NCBI RefSeq assembly: GCF_963921235.1
Contig: NC_086108.1
Location: forward strand, 5,208,001 to 5,272,000
DNA: 64,000 bases
Direction of reading: 5' to 3'
From: Mobula hypostoma
Lineage: Eukaryota
Below are positions 27,602-38,033 of the stretch, one piece after another (positions within the stretch are counted from its first letter, which is position 1; every line of letters starts with the position of its first letter). A program made the position numbers and the translations under genes. A model generated the notes under the pieces. That model was not told the DNA's origin. It saw only the letters and a list, made by a program, of their open reading frames with translations, and did no database searches.

Positions 27602-28262
27602 AGTTAACTTGCAGGTTGAGTTGATGGTGAGGGAGGCAAATGTAGTGTTAGCATTCATTTCAAGAGGACTAAAATTTCAAAGCAAGGATGTAATGTTGAC
27701 GCTTTATAGGGCACTGGTGAGGCCTCACTTGGAGCATGGTGAGCAATTTTGGGCCCTTTATCTAAGAAAGCATGTGCTGACATTGGAGAGGGTTTAGAGG
27801 AGGTTCACGAAAATGATTCTGGGATTGAAAGGCTTATCATATGAGAAATGTTTTATACTTCTGTGCCTGTCCTCGCTGGAATTTAGGTTTCAATGAGGTC
27901 ACCCCCATTCTTCTATCAAATGTTGGAAGGTGTCAATAGGGCGGATATGGAGAGGATGTTTCCTGAGGTGGGGGGTTCTAAGACCAGAGGGGACAGCCTC
28001 AGAATAGTGGGACATCCATTTAGAATGGAGATGATGAATTTCTTTAGCCAGAAGGTAGTGAATCGGTGGAATTTGTTGCCACAGGCAGCTGTAGAGGCCA
28101 AGCTGTTTGGTACATTTAACGCAGAGGCTGATAGATTCTTGATGAGTCAGGGCATGAAGGGATACGGGGAGGAGACTGGGGCTGAGAGGGAAAATGGATC
28201 AGCCTTGATGAAATGGTGGAGCAGGCTCGATGGGCCAAGTGGTGGAATGCTGCTCCTATACC
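27602..28262 (+). mobile_element. CR1 LINE 3' fragment
   Basis: LYRALVRPHLEH..; ERMFPEVGGSKTRGDSL..FFSQKVVNRWN. Confidence 0.85.
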
Positions 28263-28771
28263 GTATAGAAACCGGAACACCACGTGGTCGTGGGGAGAAT
28301 GTGCGAACTTCACACAGGCAGTGGCAGGAATAGAACCGGGGTCATTGGTGCTATTATGGCGTTATGCTACTGTGTCATCTACTTTACAAAATATTTTCAG
28401 AGCTCATTCCCTAAAAAGGGTCCTGTTAGCAGATTCCACAGAAGGAGTTGAGTGCTAAAGAGAGGCAAGGGTACGAGATAAGATATGGATCGCAATGGAC
28501 AGGCTCAAGGCATGGCCTCCTGTTTGACTTGGCACTGTCCGTGTGGAGTTTGCTCATTCTCCCTGAGACTACACACATTTCCTTCCCCCAGAAGCTCTGG
28601 TTTCTTCCCATGTCTCAACACCTTGTTGGTCAGTGGGCCAAACAACTGTGGTAAGCTGTCCCTGGTGTGTAGGTAGACCATGGGGAGAATAAAAATGGGA
28701 TCACTGTAGAAGTTCAAAGTAAATTTGTTATCAAAGTGCACATATCTTATCATATACAACCTGAGATCCAT

Positions 28772-30096
28772 TGAACAGCACATTTGGAAAGCGGTGAAAT
28801 CATCGGACAAAGTCAGCATGGATTTGTGAAAGGAAAATCATGTCTGACGAATCTCATAGAATTTTTTGAGGATGTAACTAGTAGAGTGGATAGGGGAGAA
28901 ACAGTGGATGTGGTATATTTGGATTTTCAAAAGGCTTTTGACAAGGTCCCACACAGGAGATTAGTGTGCAAACTTAAAGCACACGGTATTGGGGGTAAGG
29001 TATTGATGTGGATAGAGAATTGGTTGGCAGACAGGAAGCAAAGAGTGGGAGTAGACGGGACCTTTTCAGAATGGCAGGCGGTGATTAGTGGGGTACCGCA
29101 AGGCTCAGTGCTGGGACCCCAGTTGTCTACAATATATAATTAAATGCAGCGTCTCCAAGTTTGCGGATGACTTGAAGCTGGGTGGCAGTGTTAGCTGTGA
29201 GGAGGATGCTAAGAGGATGCAGGGTGACTTGGATAGGTTGGGTGAGTGGGCAAATTCATGGCAGATGCAATTTAATGTGGATAAATGTGAAGTTATCCAC
29301 TTTGGTGGCAAAAATAGGAAAACAGATTATTATCTGAATGGTGGCCGATTAGGAAAAGGGGAGGTGCAACGAGACCTGGGTGTCATTATACACCAGTCAT
29401 TGAAAGTGGGCATGCAGGTACAGCAGGCGGTGAAAAAGGCGAACGGTATGCTGGCATTTATAGCGAGAGGATTCAAGTACAGGAGCAGGGAGGTACTACT
29501 GCAGTTGCACAGGGCCTTGGTGAGACCACACCTGGGGTATTGTGTGCAGTTTTGGTCCCCTAATCTGAGGAAAGACATCCTTGCCATAGAGGGAGTACAA
29601 AGAAGGTTCACCAGATTGATTCCTGGGATGGCAGGACTTTCATATGAAGAAAGACTGGATGAACTGGGCTTGCACTCGTTGGAATTTAGAAGATTGAGGG
29701 GGGGGATCTGATTGAAACGTATAAAATTCTAAAGGGATTGGACAGGCTAGATGCAGGAAGATTGTTCCCGATGTTGGGGAAGTCCAGAACGAGGGGTCAC
29801 AGTTTAAGGATAAAGGGGAAGCCTTTTAGGACCGAGATTAGGAAAAACTTCTTCACACAGAGAGTGGTGAATCTGTGGAATTCTCTGCCACAGGAAACTG
29901 TTGAGGCCAGTTCATTGGCTATATTTAAGAGGGAGTTAGATATGGCCCTTGTGGCTAAAGGGGTCAGGGGGTATGGAGGGAAGGCTGGGGCGGGGTTCTG
30001 AGTTGGATGATCAGCCATGATCATAATAAATGGCGGTGCAGGCTCGAAGGGCCGAATGGCCTACTCCTGCACCTATTTTCTATGTTTCTATGTTTC
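28772..30096 (+). mobile_element. Young 5'-truncated CR1 LINE (RT to 3' end)
   Basis: SQHGFVKGKSCLTNL..GVPQGSVLGP..KFADD; (tttctatg)n tail. Small deletion at ~29140 and a poly-G frameshift at ~29700. Confidence 0.94.
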
Positions 30097-30284
30097 TTGT
30101 GGGCATACTGAATAAATCCATAGAATAATAACCATAACAGAATCAATCAAAGACCATCACCCAACTAGGGCATTGAACCACTGTGGAAATACAAAAATAA
30201 ATAAATAAATAAGCAATAAATATTGAGAACGTGAGATGAAGAGTCCTTGAAAGTTGGTTGTGGGAACAGTTCAAAGACTGGCCA

Positions 30285-30567
30285 AATGAAGTTGAGTAAA
30301 GTTGTCCCCCCAGTTCAAGAACATGATGATTGAAGAGTAATGACTGTTCCTGAACCTGGTGGTGTGGAACCTGAGGCTCATTGTGGTGAGTGAAGTTATC
30401 CACACTGGTTCAGGAGCCTGATGGTTGAGGGGTGATAACTGTTCCTGAACCTGGTGGTGTGGGACCTGAGGCTCATTGTGGTGAGTGAAGTTATCCACAC
30501 TGGTTCAGGAGCCTGATGGTTGTGGGGTTATAACTGTTCCTGAACCTGGTGGTGTGGGTCCTGAGGC
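30285..30567. repeat. 95-bp tandem repeat, ~3 copies, inside an interspersed repeat
   Basis: ctgttcctgaacctggtggtgtgg at 30344, 30439, 30534. Confidence 0.85.
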
Positions 30568-30969
30568 TTCTGTACTACCTTCCTAATGGCAGCAGTGAGA
30601 AGACAGCATGGCCTGGGTGGTGGGGGTCTCTGCTGATGGATGCTGCTTTCCTGTGACAGCATTTCATGTAGATGTGCTCAGTCTGGGAAGGACTTTACCT
30701 GTGATGGACTGGGCAGTATCCACTACTTTTTGTAGGATTTTTCATTCAAGGGCATTGGTGTTTCCATACCAGGCTGTGGTGCCTCTGCACCAAAGTTCAC
30801 AGTAAGTTTCTTGTCAATGTATATAGATGTCACCACAGATAATCCTGAGGTTCATTTTCCTGCGGCATACTCACTAAATCCACTAACCATCATTGAATCA
30901 ATGAATGACCAGACCCAGCATGGCTGACAGACAATAAGTGTGCAAAAGACAACAAACTGCAAATGCAAA

Positions 30970-32035
30970 AGAATCAGATTTATTATCGCCGGCATATGAT
31001 GTGAAGTTCGTCAACTTAGCAGCAGCAGTTCAACGCAATACGCGATAATATGGGGGGGGGGAAAGTAAATCAATTACAGCAGTACTTATGTGTATACCGA
31101 ATAGATTTAAATCATGCAAAAACAAAAATATACATTTTTAAAAAGTGAGGTAATGTTCATGGGTTCAATGTCCATTCAGAAATCTGAAGGCCAAGGAGAA
31201 GAAGCTGTTCCTGAATCATTGAGTGATTCTGGCTCCTGTACCTCCTCCGTGTTGGTAGCATTGGGAAGAGAGCATGGCCTGGGTGATGGGGTCCATGATA
31301 ACGGATGTCTCCTTTCTGAGGCAGCTCTCCTTGAAGATGTCTTGGGTATGACAGAGGCTAGTACTCAAGATGGAGCTGATGAATTTTGCGACTTTAGTTT
31401 TTTTTCAGTCCCCCCCACCATACCAGACAGTGATACAATCTGTCAGAAAGCTCTCCATGGTACATCTCTACAAGTTTTTGTGTGTTTTAGTTGACCAACC
31501 AAATCTCTTCAAACTCCTAATGAAATATAGCTGCTGTCTTGCCTTCTCTATAGCTGCATGAATATGTTGGCACCAGGTTAGAGATACCACCTCAGAGATA
31601 TTGGCACCGAGGAACTTGAAATTGCTCATTCTTTCCACTTCTGACCCCTTGAGGATTCGTTTGTGTTCCCTTGTCTTACCTCTTCTGATATCTTCAATCA
31701 GTCCTTTCATCTTACTGACATTGGGTGCGAGGTTGTTGCTGTGACACCACTCTACTGGCTGGTATATCTCGATCTTGTACGCCCTCTTGTCACCATCTGA
31801 GATTCTACCAACAATGGTTGTATCATCAGTAAATTTAAAGACTTTATTTGAGCTATGCCTAGCCACACAGTGATGGGTATAGAGGGAGTAGAGCAATGAA
31901 CTAAGCACACACCCCTGAGGCACACCAGAGTTGAGTGTCAGTGAGGAGGAGATATTATCACCAATCTGCACAGATTGTGCTCTTCCAGTTAGGAAGTCGA
32001 GGATCCAATCGCAGAGAGAGGTACAGAGGCCCAGA
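30970..32035 (-). mobile_element. Rex1/Babar-type LINE 3' portion
   Basis: ORF 31468-32076: [56 protein letters not shown]. Confidence 0.8.
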
Positions 32036-32064
32036 TTAGGAGTCCTTGAAAGTGAATCCATAGG

Positions 32065-32945
32065 ATGTGGGAACATTTCAGTGATCTGGATAACGATGTG
32101 GGTAACTGGATGTCACCAAGGTTGGGAATGTAGTGGAAATTGAGGAAGAACATCAGAGCTTGCAGTGAGATCTGGACCAGCTGGAAAAATGGCAGATGGA
32201 GTTTAATGCAGACAAGTGCGAGGTGTTGCACTTCAGTAGGACTAACTAGTGTAGGTTTTGCACAGTGAACAGTAGCGCACTGAGGTGTGCAGTAGAACAA
32301 AGGGATCTGGGAATACAGGTTCATAATGGTGTTACGGGTTGACAGGGTCGTTACAAAAGCTTTTGGCACTTTGGTCTGCATAAATCAATGTATTGAGTAC
32401 AGGAGTACAGGTTTGTTATGTTGAGGTTGTATAAGGCCTAATTTTAGTCACCTACATACAGGAAAGATGTAAATAAGGTTGACAGAGTACAAATTTCACG
32501 TCACATGCCGGTGATAATAAACCTGATTCAGATTCTGAGAGAAAATTTACAAGGATGTTGCCGGGTCTGGAGGACCTGAGTCATAAGGAGAGATTGAACA
32601 GGTTAGAACTTTATTCATTGGAACATAGAAGACTGAGGGAAGATTTGACAGTGATACACAAAATTATGAGGGGTATTGGCAGGGTAAATGCAAGCAGGCT
32701 TTTTTTTCCACTGCGGTTGGGTGGGACTGCAACTGGAGGTCATAGGTTAAGGATGAAAGGTGAGAAGTTTAAGGGGAACATGAGAGGAAACTACATCACT
32801 CAGAGGGCTGTGAGAGTGTGGAACGAGCTGCCAGCACATGGTGCTTGCAATTTTGATTTCAATGTTTAAGAGAAGTTTGGATGGAGGGCTATAGTCCGGC
32901 TGCAGGTCGATAGGACCAGGTAGTTTAAATGATTTGGCCTGGACC
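32065..32945 (+). mobile_element. Degraded CR1 LINE 3' portion
   Basis: WQMEFNADKCEVLHF; RMLPGLEDLSHKERLNRLELYSLE. Confidence 0.85.
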
Positions 32946-33369
32946 AAAAGGCTGTATTTTTCTTTGAACCTATGACTAAGTTTAAAGCATTGTCATAATA
33001 AGAGTCCTTCCCCTGACCTGTTTCCACAGGGAGCGGAAGTGATTGAATGCTGAAGTTACTTTGGGAATTTGCATGTGCAGAGGACATTTGCATTGCACCG
33101 AGGAAACAAGCCATTCAGTCCGTCGTGCTGGTGCTTGCCTATTTACTTGGTGGTGCTCAGGGCAGTTCAGGCAGTCCGGGTCCAGTTCCAGCGCCGGCTG
33201 TAAGGACTATGTCCATTCTCCCCGTGACTGTGCGGGGTTCCAGCAGGTGCTCTGGTTTCCTCCCACAGTCCAGTCGGTAGATTGGTCACATGGGTGAAAC
33301 TGGAGAGTGCGGTCTCGTTGGGCCGGAGGGGCTGTCACTGTGCTGTGTCTCAGGATAACCACTCTACTG

Positions 33370-33785
33370 CTTGTTATGACACTGACGTTCAGGGCAGCAA
33401 TGGCGGTCCTCCATCTCTGGCCGTGTTCAGGGCTTCTTTTATCTTGCCAGTAGCTTCCCCTCAGTTTTCACCACTGTCAGTCATGCAAGTCCTGGTGGAG
33501 ACTCAGGAATACCCTCACACTCAGATGTAGAAGGATTCTTCATTGCTGTTTCCATAACAGTTTTGTTTGACCAGTCAGGGTTGTTGGCCCTGAGCTGAAC
33601 CCCTGAACCTGGAGGACCGGTGGACCATTCTTAGATTGGCCTCTACCCTTTGACCTCTCTGGCATGGGTGACCCTACCAAGAGCCAAAGCGCAAAGCCCT
33701 GACTCCAGCCAATGTGGCTCTCCGGGTCATTGAGGCATGCAAATCTCCAAACTCTATGACAAGGTTGTGGTTGTCCTGGAGGTCT
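33370..33785 (-). mobile_element. Non-autonomous RTE derivative (5' UTR joined to 3' end)
   Basis: The minus strand reads ccttgtcatagag..tgcctcaatgacccggagagc..ggtagggtcacccatgcc..tcctccaggtt (RTE 5' UTR motifs as recalled), then the RTE 3' end seen at 2205-2260. Confidence 0.65.
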
Positions 33786-36331
33786 AGATAACTAAATAAA
33801 ATAAATAATGTACTTTTGTTCTCGCTGCTATGTGCTGTAAAGCCTTATCCTCCCCCCTCTCTTACACCCAGCACTTGCCCCCCTCACCTGTGCCAGTGGG
33901 AGGAAGTTCCCCATCTCACCCACTCCCCCGGACTGGTGTATCAGTAATCTCTTCTGCTTCACAGCCTCTCCTTCTGGTCTCTTCTTGCGTCACCCCCCGC
34001 CCCCCCCCCCATCCACCCCAGATTCTAACCCTTCCCTACAAACACCGGGCAACTTACTGCGGCCTCTTATCCCACATGGGAGGACTCGACATGGTCGCAG
34101 GGAGAATGTGCAGACCACACAGACAGGGCCAATGTCAGATGTTATTCCACATGTCCAGTGGGCATAGGACTGTCCCTGTTTCTCAGAGACCTGGAGTTCC
34201 CAACCGTTTTTATGCCAAGGAGTGATACCATTAATTGAGGGATCTGCGGACCCAGGGTTGGGAAACCCGTCCTAAAGTCTGTCACTGGCTCGTGGATGAA
34301 GCCGATCCTTTCAGTCTCCTGCGTAGATATCAGAATCTGGTTTAATATCATCGACATATGTCATGGAATTTGTTGTTTTGTGGAAACAGTACAGTGCAAT
34401 ACATAAAAAAAACATAAATTATGACAAGAAATGCATATTTAAAAAATCAGTACAAAAAGAGATCAAAAATACTGAATACAAAATAATCTGCAGATGCTGG
34501 GGTCAAAGCAACACTCACAGCATGCTGGAGGAACTCAGCAGGTCAGGCAGCATCTGTGGAAAAGATTGGTTGACGTTTCAGGCCAGAACCCTTTGTCCTG
34601 TGTGTCTTCATGCTCCTGTACCTCGGTCCCTGACAATAGCGACAAGAAGAGGGCATGTCCTGGGTGACGGGGATCCTTAATGATGGATGCTGCCTTTTGA
34701 AGCACTGCTCCTTGTAGATGTCCTGGGTGCTACGGAGGCTCATGATGGAGCTGACTGAGTTTAGATCTGAATGCAGCTTTTTCCGATCCTGTGCACTGCC
34801 CCACTCCCCATACCGGACGGTGATCCAGCTAGCTCGAATGCTGTCCATGCTATATCTGTAGAGATTGGCAAGAGTCTTTAATCCTTCTTCAGTCTCTGAC
34901 GGTGGTGAGAACTTAATGATGGTTGCCACCTTTTTTAGGAAACACCTTTCAAAGATGTCCTCTATGCGGGGGAGAGCACTGCCCATAATGGAGATGTTTC
35001 AATTTTATTTTTTTTAATTATCTTGTTTCTTCTTCTAACCAATAAGTCTGAGGTGTCTAATCCTGTTTACAAGAGTAGGCGATGACCCATCAGGTCTGTC
35101 CTTCTGTTCATTAATATCATGCCCAGTCTGACCTTGTCATCTCCAGCCTGCTGCCCTCAACTCCTCCTTAGATGAAAAATCTTGGCCTCGAGTATATTTA
35201 ATTGTAGCAGTTGATAAAACTCCTTGAGTGGTGAGGTGGAGATAGGTAAGCCAGTCCTTCCTTCCTGGGCAAGGTGTAGCACCTGCTTAGCACCCCCCCC
35301 CCCCCAGTCAGGGTCACATGAAGCCAGGGGAGCAGGTGGGAGATGGTCGTATGATCAGCTGGTGCTGGTGCATATCACAAATCCTGGTTATGCGACCACT
35401 GATACCAGGCAGACAACCTCTGAAGAGTGTTGATAATGGCTGGGGTCACCCATCTTGTAAAGACACTGCCCAGAGGAACACAAAGCCAAACTACTTCGAG
35501 AGAAAAAATTTCCAAGAATGGTCATGGACAGGTTACGATTGCCCACATCATACGAAATGTCCCATGATGATGATGATATGGATAGACCCCCTGCGTCACA
35601 GTGCCAGAGTCCAGAGTTCAGTCCTGACCTCTGGCGCTCTCTGTGTGGAGTTTGCACGTTCTCCCTATTTTCCTTTAATCCAAAATTATGTCTGCAGTTG
35701 CAGCTTTTCCTCGTAAGTAACTCCATTTTAAGACTGTTCATATCCTTTACTTAGCAAAGGAAGAGCACTTCATATTCTGCCCGTGTAGGCAGCAACCCAG
35801 TTATAATGGGTTAATTTCTATCACAGGTTCTGTGGGAGCCATGCATCTGTTCTCTACCTGCGCTGTATTGTGTGTTGTACATTTATCATGGTGACTGGGG
35901 GCACGTACTCTTGCTTATTTTGTGGCAGATAGTAGCCTGAGACTGGTAGAGGTCATAACTTTAGCTGACCGCGCAGTAATGTTTAGCTTACACTTGGGTA
36001 AGACATCACTTTGAGGTTGTACTTTTGCTAATTGCTAATAAAGGAGCGAGTGAAAGATTCGACTTTGGGAGCAGTTGTAGGAGCCGGGGGCACATCGTGC
36101 AAGTCCACGGGGTGGCAGGCAGTGGCAGCTGCAGCTGTTTTGTTCTGGTTTGGTGTAGCTACAGAGGTGTGGTACAGTACATCAAAAAATGTTTTGCATG
36201 TTATATATACAGATCATTTCATCACATTAGTATACCAAGGTAGAACAGGGAAAAGCAGCAGTAATGGAAGGTAGAATACAGTTACAGAGAACGTGCCATG
36301 CAAGCAGATAGTCAGTGCAGAAATCATAGAG

Positions 36332-36790
36332 ACAAACACGAGAGATTCTGCAGATGCTGGAAATCCAGAGTAACACACACAAAATGCTGGAGGAACTCAG
36401 CAGATCAGACAGTGTTGATGGTCAGAGTAACACACACAAAATGCTGGAGGAACTCGACAGGTCAGACAGTGTCGATGGTCAGAGTAACACACACAAAATG
36501 CTGGAGGAACTCAGCAGGTCAGACAGTGTCGATGGTCAGAGTAACACACACAAAATGCTGGAGGAACTCAGCAGGTCAGGCAGTGTCGATGGTCAGAGTA
36601 ACACACACAAAATGCTGGAGAAATGCAGGTCAGACAGTGTCTATAGAAATGAATAAACAGCTGACGCTTCAGGACTGGAGAGGAAGGGGGAAGATGCCTG
36701 ATTTAAAGATTGGTGGTGGGGGGGGGGGGAAGAGGGGAAGGATAATAGCTGGAAGGTGATAGATGAAACCAGTTGGGTGAGGGAGGGGTG
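36332..36790 (-). mobile_element. Penelope-like terminal fragment containing a 57-bp tandem repeat x5 (36367-36640)
   Basis: agagtaacacacac at 36367, 36424, 36481, 36538, 36595. The flanks match the PLE tail and G-rich region. Confidence 0.85.
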
Positions 36791-37012
36791 AATTCATATG
36801 TAATATGCAAAACCTGCGTCCTGAAGAGAATTATCAACAATGTGATCTGTGTTGCAGCTTTGGCCGTCATCATTATGTGCCGGGTCATATGACATCGTCA
36901 TTATGTGTCGTGTTGTATGACGTGGGCGATCACAGTCTTTCCATAACCAAGCAACACACATCAAAGTTGCTGGTGAACGCAGCAGGCCAGGCAGCATCTC
37001 TCAGAAGAGGTG

Positions 37013-37050
37013 CAGTCGACGTTTCAGGCCGAGACCCTTCGTCAGGACTA
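37013..37050 (-). ncRNA. Minimal type I hammerhead ribozyme motif (inverted-arm copy)
   Basis: Reverse complement: tagtc-CTGACGA-agggtctcggcct-GAAAC-GTC-gactg. Confidence 0.8.
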
Positions 37051-37995
37051 ACTGAAGGAAGAGTGAGTAAGAGATTTGAAAGTTGGAGGAGGAGGGGAGA
37101 TCCAAAATGCTAGGAGAAGACAGGAGGGGGGGGGGGATGGAGCCAAGAGCTGGACAGGTGATTGGCAAAAGGGATATGAGAGGATCATGGGACAGGAGGT
37201 CCGGGAAGAAAGACGGGGGGGGGGGAACTCAGAGGATGGGCAAGGGGTATAGTCAGAGGGACAGAGGGAGAAAAAGGAGAGTGAGAGAAAGAATGTGTGT
37301 ATAAAAATAAGTAACAGATGGGGTACGAGGGGGAGGTGGGGCATTAGCGGAAGTTAGAGAAGTCGATGTTCATGCCATCAGGTTGGAGGCTACCCAGACG
37401 GAATATAAGGTGTTGTTCCTCCAACCTGAGAGTGGCTTCATCTTTATAGTAGAGGAGGCCGTGGATAGACATGTCAGAATGGGAATGGGATGTGGAATTA
37501 AAATGTGTTACAGTAGAGGAGGCCGTGGATAGACATTACAGTAGAGGAGGCCGTGGATAGACAATCCCATTCTGACATGTCTATCCACGGCCTCCTCTAC
37601 TGTAAAGATGAAGCCACACTCAGGTTGGAGGAACAACACCTTATATTCCGTCTGGGTAGCCTCCAACCTGATGGCATGAACATCGACTTCTCTAACTTCC
37701 GCTAATGCCCCACCTCCCCCTCGTACCCCATCTGTTACTTATTTTTATACACACATTCTTTCTCTCACTCTCCTTTTTCTCCCTCTGTCCCTCTGAATAT
37801 ACCCCTTGCCCATCCTCTGGGTCCCCCCCCCTTGTCTTTCTTCCCAGACCTCCTGTCCCACGATCCTCTCTTATCCCTTTTGCCAATCACCTGTCCAGCT
37901 CTTGGCTCCATCCTCCCCCTCCTGTCTTCTCCTATCATTTTGCATCTCCCCCTCCCTCTCCAACTTTCAAATCCCTTACTCACTCTTCCTTCAGT

Positions 37996-38033
37996 TAGTC
38001 CTGATGAAGGGTCTCGGCCTGAAACGTCGACTG
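37996..38033 (+). ncRNA. Minimal type I hammerhead ribozyme motif (PLE-associated)
   Basis: tagtc-CTGATGA-a-gggt(ctcg)gcct-GAAAC-GTC-gactg: stem I tagtc/gactg, conserved core, stem II, minimal palindromic stem III (ACGT). Predicted cleavage after GUC at 38028. Confidence 0.8.

Noticed and set aside
17815..30001. RT-like ORFs as functional or domesticated genes
   Set aside because: All are truncated or frameshifted CR1 ORF2 fragments.
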